A DNA stretch of 63,407 nucleotides, counting the filler, from Stramenopiles sp. TOSAG23-6 (lineage: Eukaryota), in assembly GCA_900128565.1 (NCBI GenBank). It is 12 parts of 12 records of this genome, joined end to end, with 100 filler letters (N's around TTAATTAATTAA, not from the genome) between each part and the next. Parts side by side here need not be neighbours in the genome. Positions count along the whole stretch, not along the records: positions 24,620 to 30,654 come from LT636792.1; positions 30,755 to 36,788 come from LT636793.1; positions 36,889 to 42,900 come from LT636794.1; 9 more parts are not named here. One strand, 5' to 3'. This document shows positions 25,346 to 37,578 of the stretch, piece by piece (position 1 is the stretch's first letter; each line of letters begins with the position of its first letter). The notes under the pieces were generated by a model. That model saw only the letters and a program-made list of their open reading frames with translations. It was not told the origin of the DNA and did not search any database. Made by a program: the position numbers and the translations under genes.

Positions 25346-25954
25346 TTAGTGAATCGTAAGTAAGTGTGGCGCTAATTTTGTGACATAGTATAACTTTGCA
25401 CGGCGAATTCTCCCAGGTTTTTTGAGTTGTTTCTTAACATAATTTTCCTCTAAAACTTTCACACCTGCCAATAATGGTGAATATAATGGGAAAGACATTT
25501 CCATATAATCAGTTTGTTCATAGTAATTTATAATTCTGAAGGTGGAAGCGAGACCCTTCTTTCGTTGCCAAATGCAAATTCCTTTGTATATACTACCTTT
25601 AACGTCTTCAGACGAATCTTTCCAATGGACTTCAACAGCGTCGCCTGGACTGAAAGGAGCTACATGAGAAAGATCCACATTATCCATACCTTCCTTCTGG
25701 AGCTCATTCATGATGCGTATAGCGCGTTTATTCGATTTTTTATGTCTGACGCGAGGTGGTAAACCCTCAGGATAAGCGGCTGTAGTGGAAAAGGCAGCAT
25801 GACTGGCGAAAGATGTCCGACATACAAGAGTGTCGGGAGTGCTCGAACGCGCCACACATGAAGCATATCTATTGCATGATGTTGGAACTGGTGTAGAAAT
25901 ATTAGATATCCGAAGAAGCGAACGACCGGCGCGCATGGCAATTGAGGAAATCAT
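25346..25954 (-). CDS. MRPL19: Mitochondrial ribosomal protein L19 (bL19m)
   Basis: Presequence-like N-terminus; FSPGDAVEV, YKGICI, STFRI, FPLYSP, RRAKLYY. Confidence 0.88.
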   Translation of the reverse strand: MISSIAMRAGRSLLRISNISTPVPTSCNRYASCVARSSTPDTLVCRTSFASHAAFSTTAAYPEGLPPRVRHKKSNKRAIRIMNELQKEGMDNVDLSHVAPFSPGDAVEVHWKDSSEDVKGSIYKGICIWQRKKGLASTFRIINYYEQTDYMEMSFPLYSPLLAGVKVLEENYVKKQLKKPGRIRRAKLYYVTKLAPHLLTIH

Positions 25955-26132
25955 TTTCTATAAACTTTGGTGCTGAATATTCATCTCTGTAAGAAACAAC
26001 ACACGTGTCTCTTCTTCAAATCGATCAAATGATCATCATTGAATGACACGTGGCGAAAAAAATTGACCTCTCTCTCTCTCCCGATCTTGATCAGAGAGTT
26101 AACATCCAAATTACGCCACATAAATCAATAAA

Positions 26133-27899
26133 ATGAGTTCTAAAACTATAAAAAACACCATCACTGAATTACATTCTTGCATACATGCGTCAAATTCACA
26201 GGGCTGGAGCGTGTCTTTAGAGCAATCATTGACAAATACACTGAAATTTTTGTGCAAAAGTATAAGTTACGACTTCTCCGAGAAACTCGAAATTTTCACA
26301 TTATTGGCTCATATTCTTGTTCAAGAAAAAATCGAGAAAAATGACATATCAAAAACATACACTAAAGCATGTTTAATACACGCTGTAGTATGTCTGCTGC
26401 GATGTAATTGCTCTGATATTTGTCAATGTTTACCTCTTGATGCTTCAAAACTATTCATAGCTCTCTTGACAGACACGACCGCGATTGTTGTCAGCTGCAA
26501 CCAGAACGAAAACTCGGAATTAAATATTCCAAAAGATATTGCAGCATTACAGAAGATTCGATGTATTTGTATTTCAAAGTTATGGGAAGGTTTGAAAGAA
26601 TCTCGTGAAGCATGCAAAGATTCTTCTTTTGTGGAACGTATGGAAAAAATTGTACCAAAATTATGCTCACAATGGTTATCCAAAAAAACCCAAAAATTAT
26701 TAGAAGATTGCTCTACAAGGAATAATCCTGTGGTACATTCAAGTACATTGTCAAAGTTGTTGAAAACATGCTTCTATATATTATTGATACTGATTCTTAT
26801 ATATTTTTGCATTATAGATTCTGAGAATATACTATTTAGTAAAATATTTTCAACAAATATTAACGTATATGGAGAAACTGAGACAATCATCTACCAAAGA
26901 GAAAGACAGACGCATCTTGTAAGTATACTAGTTTTGACTGTTTTGACTATTTTATTTTCAATCGAAGCATCAACCAGGATGCGTACGTTTTGTATATATT
27001 ATACTTTTCAAAATAGAGCAGAGAGTTATAAAATTGATAGAAAATATGATAAAAAAAAAATAGAGAATAGTGTTGAATGTATTTTATCTAAATATATTGA
27101 AATCATCAAAATATATGAAACAAGAAAAACTGATTCTACAATACGAAGTACAAGGAAATCGGATTCTGCAAATCTTATAATAAAAAATCGTATCGGAATA
27201 AATTATACAAGAAATAAAGTGAATAAAGATCTACAATCTGACGAAAATACACCTCCTGAAATCGAGCAAATCCGAAATTCATTAGATATGAAATTTGGTA
27301 CGGAATCAATTTCGAATGTAACAACTCCAGAGCCAATAGAATCTAAACAACACAGAAACAAAAACGAACAAATTACTACAAATCTCCCAGAGACAAACCC
27401 TGTATGTTTTATTTTTTTTCAATTTTTTATCTAAATNNNNNNNNNNNNNNNNNNNNNNNNNNNNNNNNNNNNNNNNNNNNNNNNNNNNNNNNNNNNNNNN
27501 NNNNNNNNNNNNNNNNNNNNNNNNNNNNNNNNNNNNNNNNNNNNNNNNNNNNNNNNNNNNNNNNNNNNNNNNNNNNNNNNNNNNNNNNNNNNNNNNNNNN
27601 NNNNNNNNNNNNNNNNNNNNNNNNNNNNNNNNNNNNNNNNNTTTTTTTTCAAATTCCAATTTTTTTTTTCGTACGAAATTTTGTACCTAACAATTTATTT
27701 TTGAAATATTTTTCCAAAATACATTTCATCTGAAGACAATCATTTTGTAAATCTTGTCAATCGTTCAACAACTGAGATTTTACCGAAAATTCAAGCAATT
27801 ACACAACAAACCCATAGAATAAAATAATCATATCTTGAAAATATTGAATGTAGTTTATTTTCTTTACTTCTTTTATCAATGTATTTTATAGTCAATTAA
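26133..27899 (+). CDS. Hypothetical multi-exon protein; predicted GT-AG introns 26733-26817 and 26919-26967, GT-AT intron 26983-27097, gapped family intron(s) 27402-27724
   Basis: Three-intron model keeps a continuous frame and removes low-complexity read-through segments. Confidence 0.5.
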
Positions 27900-27929
27900 G
27901 TGGGGGACTTAAGTTAAGTCCCCCACTTA
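27897..27929. repeat. Perfect 16-bp inverted repeat TAAGTGGGGGACTTAA-G-TTAAGTCCCCCACTTA
   Basis: Direct inspection; begins at the predicted stop codon of the upstream gene. Confidence 0.9.
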
Positions 27930-28405
27930 TTTGTATAAGAAATTTGTTACCTAAAGCGTTACAGACATTGGATCAGATTTCGTGTTTCTCACGAACAAAT
28001 CAAAATTTTCGAAAACTTTCGAAAATTTCAACAACATTGTTTTTGTTTTTGAATGACTTGGGAAAAATTGTTAACACAATCAATTTCGATTCGTCACTTG
28101 CTGTCTTGATTTGCAAGAAGTAGTTTAGGTGACACGTTATTGAGTATTTACCTAGCCATTCATTTTTCTTTGAAATGGATGTAGTAAAGAGCCCAAATCA
28201 AACTCAGGTTTCATCAAGTTTGTATGACGGTAGGTGAATCTGTCAAAAATTATTTGTTTCTTTGTTTTTAAAAGCTCTCTTATTTTCTGATTGATTCTTC
28301 CTTTTTCATTTGAAAATATTGTATCGTATTGATAACTATTCTATTTGATTCATTTAGAACTTATCCAGTCATCATATTGTAATATCTACCTATTTAAAAG
28401 ACCCA

Positions 28406-29364
28406 ATGTCACCGGTAGCTTCATGTCGTCGCAGTAAAAATCCCAAACGACAGCATTTAAGCTATGAGGTTCGTGGGCTATATAATAAAAGATACGATCA
28501 ATTGAATGGCGAATATACTAAGGTAGATCAACAGGAAATCAATGATAATGATTTTGAACAAAATAGTAATGGACACAAGTGCAACCGTAAATATAATCCA
28601 AATAATGATAAAAAAAATGGTGAAAACCCAAATCCCCATGGAGAAACTCCTTCCATTTTTTCCCCTACGCTTAAACGTCCTGATAATGAAAAAGAAGATG
28701 GATTACGGAACCACGGTCCTATTAGAATAAACCAATATGAACAATATGAGTTTGGCAGCAATCAAAACAAAAATGATACTGCTCAAAATCGGATTGAACT
28801 TGAGGAATTCCAATATTCCATAGATTGTCAGAAAGATTTTGACGAAGAGTATGCGAATAATAATGAGCATGCAGATAACATGTATGACGCGAACGACCAA
28901 TCATATGAAGGATTTAATCCGTATTTTTTTATAAAATGCTTACCAGCGTATGAAACTTTAGTCTCAAACGCGAGATCTCGGCCAGCCGCATTACCACCTA
29001 AAACAAGACAGTCGCACACGAAATCTCTTATATTAGATCTTGATGAAACTTTAGTACATTGTAGTATAGACCCAATCCCAGATGCAGATCTTACTCTTTC
29101 TGTGGATTTTGGTGGGCAAAAGTATGACATTTATGTGCAAAAACGTCCTCATATTGAACAATTTCTACAGGTTGTATCAAAACATTTCGAGGTTACTGTT
29201 TTCACAGCTTCACAACGCGTGTATGCTGATAAGTTACTTAATATTATTGATCCAAATAGACAGCTGATTAAGCATAGGTTGTTTAGAGATTCATGTTTAG
29301 AAGTCAATGGGAATTATTTAAAAGATTTAAATTTATTGGGCAGAGATTTAGCACATACAATCAT
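28406..29364 (+). CDS. FCP1/SCP-family CTD small phosphatase-like protein (CTDSPL2-like), partial
   Basis: FNPYFFIK, LILDLDETLVH, KRPH, VFTAS, LFRDSC, YLKDL..LGRDL; family donor at 29365. Confidence 0.88.
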
Positions 29365-29645
29365 GTATGTTTTAATTTTTTTTAATTTTGAATTTATTTT
29401 CGTACGAAATTTCGTACCTAACAAATTTTAGTTTTTTTTTTTGAAATATTTNNNNNNNNNNNNNNNNNNNNNNNNNNNNNNNNNNNNNNNNNNNNNNNNN
29501 NNNNNNNNNNNNNNNNNNNNNNNNNNNNNNNNNNNNNNNNNNNNNNNNNNNNNNNNNNNNNNNNNNNNNNNNNNNNNNNNNNNNNNNNNNNNNNNNNNNN
29601 NNNNNNNNNNNNNNNNNNNNNNNNNNNNNNNNNNNNNNNNNNNNN

Positions 29646-29682
<37 letters not shown>

Positions 29683-29869
29683 CAGAAATTGTTGAAAAAA
29701 AAAATATACGTGTGCATCTTTTGAAAAAGTAAACAAGAAATTACTTCTTTGATTTCAAATTTCAGAAGGTTTTTTTTGGGTCATTATATAGATACATTTA
29801 TATACAGTAGTATAATAAAGATACAAAGTATAAGAAAATTATATACGAAATTTTATTCTAAGAAAAATA

Positions 29870-30600
29870 TTAATTTTTTGTTTTTGTTTTTTTGTTTCTT
29901 TTCATCTTTTTTGCAGAACGTCTAGCAGTCCAAGGCATGCTTTTCTTCTTCTTTGCAGCATATACATTCACATCAATTTCATCGCCATTTCGTTTTTTTC
30001 CAACAATTTTTTCCACTTTATTAACTTCTTCATTTACTGTTTTAGTATTCAAATTTATATCCCCTGGAATCTCATTGGATATTTTCTTTAGTTTAGCAAC
30101 AAAGAACCCGTCCATGTTATGAACATGAGGATAATAACGCCGAGTTTTGTTCAATGATGGATGTATTTTGGAAAAATATTTCAAAAAANNNNNNNNNNNN
30201 NNNNNNNGAAAAATAAATTCAAAATTGAAAAAAAAATAAAGCATACATGAAATCTCGAGTTCTTGAAACGCGTGAAGCCTGGTTTACCAAATGATAAACC
30301 CGTCTCTACCAATCGAACATTCCGTTTTTTTAAAATGTAGTTAACGACCGCTTCATTTTCTTGTACAGTGATTGAACACGTGGAGTATACAATGTACCCA
30401 CCAGTTTTAGAGTTAGCATCAACAGAGTCGACTGCACAGCATAATAACTCTTTTTGCACGTGGGCACTTTTTTCAATATCCTTTATAGTTCTTTGTAATT
30501 TTATAGTAGGATCTTTACTGATTACGCCCATACCACTACAAGGAGCATCTAATAAAACTCGATCGAAGCCACCCATAACTTTAGGAAACTGCCGTCCGTC
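29870..30600 (-). CDS. NOP2: rRNA m5C methyltransferase NOP2/NSUN1, C-terminal exons 30600-30247 and 30160-29870
   Basis: [50 protein letters not shown]. Confidence 0.95.
30161..30246 (-). other. GT-AT family intron in NOP2
   Basis: CAT|gtatgc..ccaaaatacat|CCA restores conserved FHPSL; no usable AG seen. Confidence 0.9.
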
Positions 30601-30829
30601 ATGTATTTTGGAAAAATATTTCAAAAAAAAAATCGTTAGGTACAAAATTTCGTANNNNNNNNNNNNNNNNNNNNNNNNNNNNNNNNNNNNNNNNNNNNTT
30701 AATTAATTAANNNNNNNNNNNNNNNNNNNNNNNNNNNNNNNNNNNNNNNNNNNNATTTTTTTTTCATACGAAATTTTGTACCTAACAAATTTTTTTAGAT
30801 TTTTTTTGAAATATTTTTTCAAAATACAT

Positions 30830-31997
30830 TTCTCACTCCTGAACAAGACCAATTTGCGCCTGATTTGGTAAAAGCTCTTAGTCAAGCGAATCAACCAGTT
30901 CCGAAGAAATTAAATGAAATGAAAGAAAAATTTCTTCAAAAGGTAAAAGATGTATGTTTTATATGAATTTCTAATTTAATTTTTTTTTTTTTGGTTTCAT
31001 ACGAAATTTCGTACCTAACGAATTTTTTTTGAAATATTTTTTCACAATACATGGAGTAGCAAGAAAGCATGCCAGTGGATTTTCAGGTCAAAAAGGATTT
31101 CGTTTTGATGATGGTGAGGCAGAGGAAATGTATGTAACCCCTAACCCTAATCATTGTATTGAAACTTGAAATTTTAATTTAAATTTAAATTTTTTTTTTT
31201 GCTCAAAAACAAAAAAACAATGTATTAAAAAAATAATTTTTTGAAATATTTTCACAAAAATACATGGCTTATGCAAAAGAACTTGATCGATTACGTGTTG
31301 AAGTTAATGCAGGCGTTACTGATATTTCACAGCTACACGAAATGCAGAACGCAATCACACAATTAAAAACTGAAAAATTGAAAAAGAAACAGGCTCTAGA
31401 GAGTGGCACTAACCCTAACCCTAAGAACAACACTGAAGAAAACACAGGAGCGAATGATTTTGCAACCAATAGTAAACGAGCTACTTCAGCTGCAGAAAAG
31501 CTCGCGATGTCTCTTGGTATTATTGATACAGATCGACTCGCAGAAGAGAAAAAACAAAAAAAACAAAAAGTGAAAAATACAATTCAAAATTCGCAGGTAT
31601 GTTCCACAGAGGTGGATATTAATGATTATCCACAAAAAGCGAGGTATATAGTCACACACCGAGATACAATAGAACGAATAAGAGAGCAAACAAATACAAT
31701 AGTCGTCTGTCGTGGATCTTATTTTAATCCTGGTAAACAACCGAAAATGGGTGAGAGAAGATTACATATGTACGTTATTCTCCTATTTTTTTTTTTTAAT
31801 ATGAAATTTTCATATGAAATTTTGTACCTAACAAAAAAAAATATATATTTTTTTTTTCACAATACATGTTTATTCAAGGTGCTAATGAAATTAATGTAAA
31901 GAAAGCTCGTATGGAAGTAATGAGAGTTGTAGAAGAAATTACCATGAGTGTAGGATTTGATAAAAATGCCCTAAAAGGTAAATATTCTGTTTTATAA
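30830..31997 (+). CDS. DDX46: Spliceosomal DEAD-box helicase Prp5/DDX46, C-terminal exons 30830-30951, 31053-31129, 31266-31769, 31868-31997
   Basis: FLTPEQ..SGFSGQKGFRFD, EVDINDYPQKARY, RGSYF..GERRLHMFIQG..GKYSVL* match the DDX46 C-terminus. Confidence 0.92.
30952..31052 (+). other. GT-AT family intron
   Basis: GAT|gtatgt..cacaatacat|GGA in frame. Confidence 0.88.
31130..31265 (+). other. GT-AT intron with degenerate core and telomere-like repeat
   Basis: AT|gtatgtaacccctaaccctaa..aaaatacat|G in frame. Confidence 0.8.
31770..31867 (+). other. GT-AT family intron
   Basis: AT|gtacgt..cacaatacat|G restores the DDX46 terminal segment. Confidence 0.9.
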
Positions 31998-32219
31998 AAA
32001 AAATATACTTTTCGGTTTTGTTGATTATTATTATTTCGAGACTTCGAGATTGTATAGAAAAATACACGAAATCTAGAAAGACGTTTTGTGTCCTTCCTTC
32101 GTTTTCATGGCTTTTTGACTGCCACTACTTGTACGACTACTAAGATCGAAACCAAGTGAGTAATAAATAGTAGGGGATAAAAATGTTAGATTGACAAGGG
32201 GACACGTGCATCAAAAAGT

Positions 32220-32906
32220 ATGTCAAAAGCTGATGATTCTTCAGAGTATTCAGAATATTATTCGGATGGCTCTCAACCAGAAGAAACTATCAAACCTCTT
32301 GAAAGAAAGATTAGTAGAAACCCAAGTGCAACAAATAGTAAAAGAAATCAGAAGAATCAGAAATCTGTTGAATCAGACGCTGTTGTTTCTGAAGAAGACG
32401 ACTCTTCTAAAATCAAAGATGTTTTTCCAAAAGTAAAGACAACAAATGATATAACTGTTGGTTGCAGTGAGTCGTCTGAGTCGGACGAGGGTTTTAGAGA
32501 GATTAACGGTGGGGCAACTATAACAACAACTACGCCTATGCAACATCCTCGAAGTCTATCTGATAAAATAAAAACATACGAGACAGATAAGAATGAGAAA
32601 GAGATAGCACTTGCTCGAAAATCTGAGTTTCCTCCGAAAGAGGGTGAAACTAAACAAAGTAGAGAAGAACGTCTTAAAAAAGTATTTAAAACATTTGATA
32701 AAGACCAAAGTGACACTTTGGACTTTGGTGAACTTCAAGATGCTTTATATTGTGTCGGTGCACCCAAAGTGGTTGATAAAGAATTAGCACTACTCCTAGC
32801 TGAGATGGATGATGATGACATTGACGGTTTATCCTTCTTTGAATTTCAAAAGTTATTGGATAAAATTATAATGTTGGATGTAAAGAAAAAGTACAGTAAA
32901 AAATAA
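32220..32906 (+). CDS. EF-hand protein with acidic/Ser-rich N-terminus
   Basis: DKDQSDTLDFGEL and DDDDIDGLSFFEF. Confidence 0.75.
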   Translation: MSKADDSSEYSEYYSDGSQPEETIKPLERKISRNPSATNSKRNQKNQKSVESDAVVSEEDDSSKIKDVFPKVKTTNDITVGCSESSESDEGFREINGGATITTTTPMQHPRSLSDKIKTYETDKNEKEIALARKSEFPPKEGETKQSREERLKKVFKTFDKDQSDTLDFGELQDALYCVGAPKVVDKELALLLAEMDDDDIDGLSFFEFQKLLDKIIMLDVKKKYSKK

Positions 32907-32949
32907 AGACTCATTATAAGCTTTATTTTTCAATTTATATTTGTATTGA

Positions 32950-34635
32950 TTACATATTTGGATAAGAACCAAGTACAACGCACATATCATTCGGAAGTAT
33001 TAAAATAGTAAAGTGGTTATTATCAGTGTTGTATTCCATATTTATGATTGGAACACGACGTCTGATTTTAGAAGATGTATCATTTGTTGTTGTTGTTGAT
33101 GTTGATGTAGACGTTTTAGATTCATTTTGGTTTGTTTTTTGTATTTTTTGTTTTTTTCGAAGATGCAATAAATGTTGGTCAGCTATCAACCAACTACAAG
33201 GAGAATCAGGATTTCCCCATACAACTATGGCAGCCCAAGGAATGTGTTTGTTCTTTACTAAAAATTTAGCACATTGAATACTTTTATAACTATTTGAATG
33301 ATTCATGAATCCTCGCCATCGTAGTTTTGTAACAGATGCTGTTTGATTTATTCCACCAACATCAAGAAGTAATTTATCATCATTCCATTTTTCATTATTT
33401 TCATTATTTTGATTATTATTAGGGTTATTACAATGTGTAGATGTTGATCTAAGACGAAAATTCAGCGAAGTACCGCACAAGTAATTTGATATATACGATT
33501 CTTTTGGTATAAAACCTTGACCTGATATGATATGTGAATTAGGGTTAGGGTTAGGAGTATCAACTATAATTCCATCTTTTAACAAACGATCAGCATTACA
33601 GCACACTGCACCTAACCAATCATTTGTATCGACAAACTTTTGCAAAATATTTGTTTTCTTTATTGTATCCCTTTTCATTTTTTCAGAAATATTTTTAGGG
33701 TTAGGGTTTTTGTGATTGTTATCAGAAGCATTTTTAGGGTTAGGGTTTTCAAAAGTACACATTTCATCATATTCTGAAATACTTTCAAGTAAATGATCAA
33801 ACGCAGGTACTTTAATATTATTATATACATGTTGTGAATGTTTCACACTAATTGTTTGAACTAACCAACTACTAGGAAAATATTCTAGCATTTCTGCGTT
33901 TTCTTTATTAGGGTTAGGGCTAGGGATCTCATTTGTAGTCGTTGTACCATTTTGACTATATATTTTATACATGAGCATGTTCACATTTGGAATTCGATTC
34001 TGTACACACCATAAAACACGATCATATATGAGGTCACCCGGTAAGAAATCCGACCGACTCATATTAATAGTAATTGAATAGAATGAATTTCTTTTTGAGT
34101 TGGATTCGTTTTTTTTTCTTTTTTTTGTGTTTGTAGAAAATTCAACGTTTGAATTTGGTTGCGATCTACGTACTGATGTTTTATTAGTTATACGCATACC
34201 AGGAAGTCCTAATTGCTCATATGTATCACAATCAACGCTCAATACAAGTAAATTTCCAGGTAACACTGCAAATGTGTTATTATGGTCATATTCAGACCGA
34301 TGAGATATAGCACAAAATGTACCAGTGCTCCTTACAACTGTATTTAAAAAGGTGGGTTGAAGTAAATCACAAAGAGGTCCAGAGACATAATAGTATACAG
34401 GTTGTTGTGCATTTTTTGTACATGGCAGGTATTTTTCAATAACTTGGGTAACTTTAGCATTTGTTGTTGGCACTATGAAGTCCATTTGCTGTGAAAAACA
34501 GTGAGACTGTAGTAAACGTATAGGAAGTGGTATGGTGGACGCTGAAGGCTTTGTCAATGAATCTTCTACTTTTGATGCAAGCCAGTGCTCCCAACTAACC
34601 TGGTGTCTTATTATGTTGCCCTTACTAAAAGACAT
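32950..34635 (-). CDS. RPP40: RNase P/MRP subunit p40
   Basis: GNLLVLSVDCDTYEQLGLPG, DWLGAV, PWAAIVVWGNPDSPCSW. Confidence 0.85.
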   Translation of the reverse strand: MSFSKGNIIRHQVSWEHWLASKVEDSLTKPSASTIPLPIRLLQSHCFSQQMDFIVPTTNAKVTQVIEKYLPCTKNAQQPVYYYVSGPLCDLLQPTFLNTVVRSTGTFCAISHRSEYDHNNTFAVLPGNLLVLSVDCDTYEQLGLPGMRITNKTSVRRSQPNSNVEFSTNTKKRKKNESNSKRNSFYSITINMSRSDFLPGDLIYDRVLWCVQNRIPNVNMLMYKIYSQNGTTTTNEIPSPNPNKENAEMLEYFPSSWLVQTISVKHSQHVYNNIKVPAFDHLLESISEYDEMCTFENPNPKNASDNNHKNPNPKNISEKMKRDTIKKTNILQKFVDTNDWLGAVCCNADRLLKDGIIVDTPNPNPNSHIISGQGFIPKESYISNYLCGTSLNFRLRSTSTHCNNPNNNQNNENNEKWNDDKLLLDVGGINQTASVTKLRWRGFMNHSNSYKSIQCAKFLVKNKHIPWAAIVVWGNPDSPCSWLIADQHLLHLRKKQKIQKTNQNESKTSTSTSTTTTNDTSSKIRRRVPIINMEYNTDNNHFTILILPNDMCVVLGSYPNM

Positions 34636-34913
34636 TCTATATAAAATGGATAAAGTGTTGTACTATACTAAAAACTTTTTTTAGAGCTAGCCCATCGTAA
34701 AAACCCTAACCCTAATCGTAAAGAACACGTGTCACGCGTGAGTCAAAAATGTCATAAAATCTTTGATAACAAACAAAACACTATTCATCTGTCCACACAA
34801 TTTTCAACGGTTGTTCTTATTGAAAGAAAGCAACTAAAAAGAGTATTTAGGAATAACATCGGTTGTAGTAGTACTCATTGCTGTACGTACTCTGTATATT
34901 TGTAAGATTAGAT

Positions 34914-36015
34914 ATGGCAAGTTTTTATAATACTTTTTTTCGTAGTTGCTTTCAAAAGTGTCATGCATTTCAACACAAAAGTGCCACTCCAATACCATTT
35001 GGTACACGACCTAGAGTCACAATGTTCCATCAATATAAAGCAATGCGTACGTATAAGCATAGAGCATCTAGTCAGCTATACAGAAATCGTTTTGATACAC
35101 TAAATACTTTTCGCCCTTCCTCTTTCTCGTTGTCAACTCATTTTCCTTCGAGTAATACATTTCGTGTTTCATGTACGAATCAAATTATACGTCGTACACT
35201 TTCATCTTCTAGTAATAAACCTGCAATGAGTTTGAAAGAAAAGTATCAACTTNACAGTGGTGTCTACTGGGGAGCGGGCGTTTTATGCCTTAGTATTGCT
35301 TTTGCAGAATTTTCACCGGACAATTTAAAAACTAAAATGTTCATAAAAGCAACAAAACTGCTTCGTTTTTTTTCTCTTTCTAAGGATACAATTTCTGACA
35401 AACTACTCCTCGAAGATTTTTTCCAAAGGAATATTGAAGCTGCAAAAAATGTTATTTTAGCGTCTCCTGCGTTTTATGGTGTTTGGCATTTTGTTCATGG
35501 ATGTAACGTGTCAACTAGTATAGTTCGTTCTATGACTGGATCATTGAGAATCGTGTACGTTTTTCATTTTTTATTTTTTTTGTTTTTTTTTGGTACGAAA
35601 TTTCGTACCTAACGATTTATTTTTCATAAAAAAAAAAAAAAAAAAATTCACAATACATTCCCTTTATGTTTGTGTTCTATGGCGGATTTGCATTGATTGC
35701 TCCATTTGTGACATCATATATTATGACTACACGAAACAAAGACTATCATGCCGCAAGTGGAGCTGCAGGTGCTGTTATGATGATGAGTGGATTTTGTTTG
35801 GTAGAATCGATTGTAGATTTTTTTCATTTTCAATTTCTAATTTATTTTTTTTTTCATACGAAATTTTGTACCTAACGATTTTTTTACAATTTTTTTTTTT
35901 TTCACAATACATGTAGAGTTAAGAGGTTGTGGAGTCGCATTTAATCAAATGAATCCAGCAATGACTTTATTCATTTTTGTACCTGCACTCGTTGTTCGTT
36001 TATTTGCAGGTGTTT
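34914..36015 (+). CDS. Membrane protein with presequence-like N-terminus, weak rhomboid-like motif; introns 35555-35658 and 35813-35912, 3' partial
   Basis: Hydrophobic segments, AASGAAGAV; both GT-AT joins in frame. Confidence 0.45.
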
Positions 36016-36206
36016 GTATGTTTTATATGAATTTCTAATTTAATTTTCTTTTTTTTGGTTTTTTTTCGTAAAAAAATTTCGTACCTAACAAAATTTTTTA
36101 AATTTTTTTTTGAAATATTTTTTCACAATAGTTTTTTTTTTTCATACGAAATTTCGTACCTAACAAATTTTTTTAGATTTTTTTTTGAAATATTAATTCA
36201 CAATAT

Positions 36207-36788
36207 TTTACTGAGTGCAATATTAGGATCTATATCTGTTTTTATTGCAAAACTTGGAGCAACAATACAGAATTCTAGTACAATTCCTATTCTTCATAAA
36301 ATTCCACAAATTATCACAAACAAAGAATTTCTGTATGTTTTTTTTTCCTTTGAGGCTCTGAAAATCTTTGATTTTTTTTTCATAGTAAATTTTGTACCTA
36401 ACAATTTTTTTTTTATTTTTACTAAAAAAAAAAAAAAAAAAAATTTCAAATTTTTCACAATACATATGTTTTGTGAGTATACTTATTATTACTGCAATAC
36501 TTGCCATTCATTACTCAAATAAAGCACTTTCTCTTGGTAATGCTTTAGTGATTATACCAGTTCAGTATACACTTTCTATGGTAATGTACGTTGTCTAACC
36601 CTAACCCTAATTTCATTTTTTTTACTATGAAACATTTGTACCAAACAAAGAAACATCCAATTTTTTTTTAATTTTTTTTTAAATTTGTTTCATACGAAAT
36701 TTTGTACCTAACAATTTTTATACATTTTTTGAAATATTTCTTCACAAACTATAAAAATAATAATGGGTCTTATTTATTATCAAGACTA
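36207..36788 (+). CDS. NIPA-type Mg2+ transporter fragment; GT-AT introns 36333-36465 and 36586-36752
   Basis: ILGSISVFIAK, HYSNKAL..ALVIIPVQY, MGLIYYQD. Confidence 0.65.
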
Positions 36789-36978
36789 NNNNNNNNNNNN
36801 NNNNNNNNNNNNNNNNNNNNNNNNNNNNNNNNTTAATTAATTAANNNNNNNNNNNNNNNNNNNNNNNNNNNNNNNNNNNNNNNNNNNNTATTTCAAAAAA
36901 AAAACTAAAATTTGTTAGGTACAAAATTTCGTACGAAAAAATATTCGATTTTTTGTTAAAAAAAAAAATAAAACATAC

Positions 36979-37578
36979 ATCATATTCACTATTTTCAGCA
37001 AGTTCTTGCATAATCATTGAAACTAACCATCGACCACATCGTAATGCACCTAATAATGATATTTCGGCGACATTATTCCACACCATACCAGTCTTCGCAT
37101 TACCTGTACGTTTGTGCGACTCTAACCATAAAGCTAAAGAGCCATTGGAATCAATTTTGCGTTTTGATTTCTTTTTTTTACCATAATAGTCAGCTAATTG
37201 ATCATATGAAGAAACCGAATCAAATTTGAACCATTTCTGCCAGGTTGTGAATGTTGTCAAGACAATAAAACCTTGTAACCAACCAGTGTCTTTACAACGA
37301 ACTAAATAGCCATTAATTGGATCATCAGTATTTAAGCGATCAGCAATGTAGTCTACACAAAGAGGTTTCTCAAAATGCATGGCTCTAGGTTGTCGACGTA
37401 ATTTACGACGACGTGATGCTTCCGTACAAAGCTCTAACATTTCCGGTATGCATGGGAAGCATTGCTGTCGCGAGGTCACTCGAAGAAGAACTGAATTCTC
37501 CAACTTCGCGGTGCAATCTGGAACTTTGTAGAAGTTGTAAATTGCTTCTTTATTTCGATAACTTTTGTTAATAGGCAT
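36979..37578 (-). CDS. GNAT-like acetyltransferase-domain protein, 3' partial
   Basis: LQGFIVLTTFT, AEISLLGALRCGRWLVSMIM; family donor at 36978. Confidence 0.5.

Noticed and set aside
30161-31867. Programmed frameshifting, stop read-through or an alternative genetic code
   Set aside because: All interruptions are explained by removing the intervening elements; genes end at standard stops
34914-36788. Rhomboid-like / NIPA fusion
   Set aside because: Junction has two abutting partial intron copies (36016-36206), typical of repeat collapse
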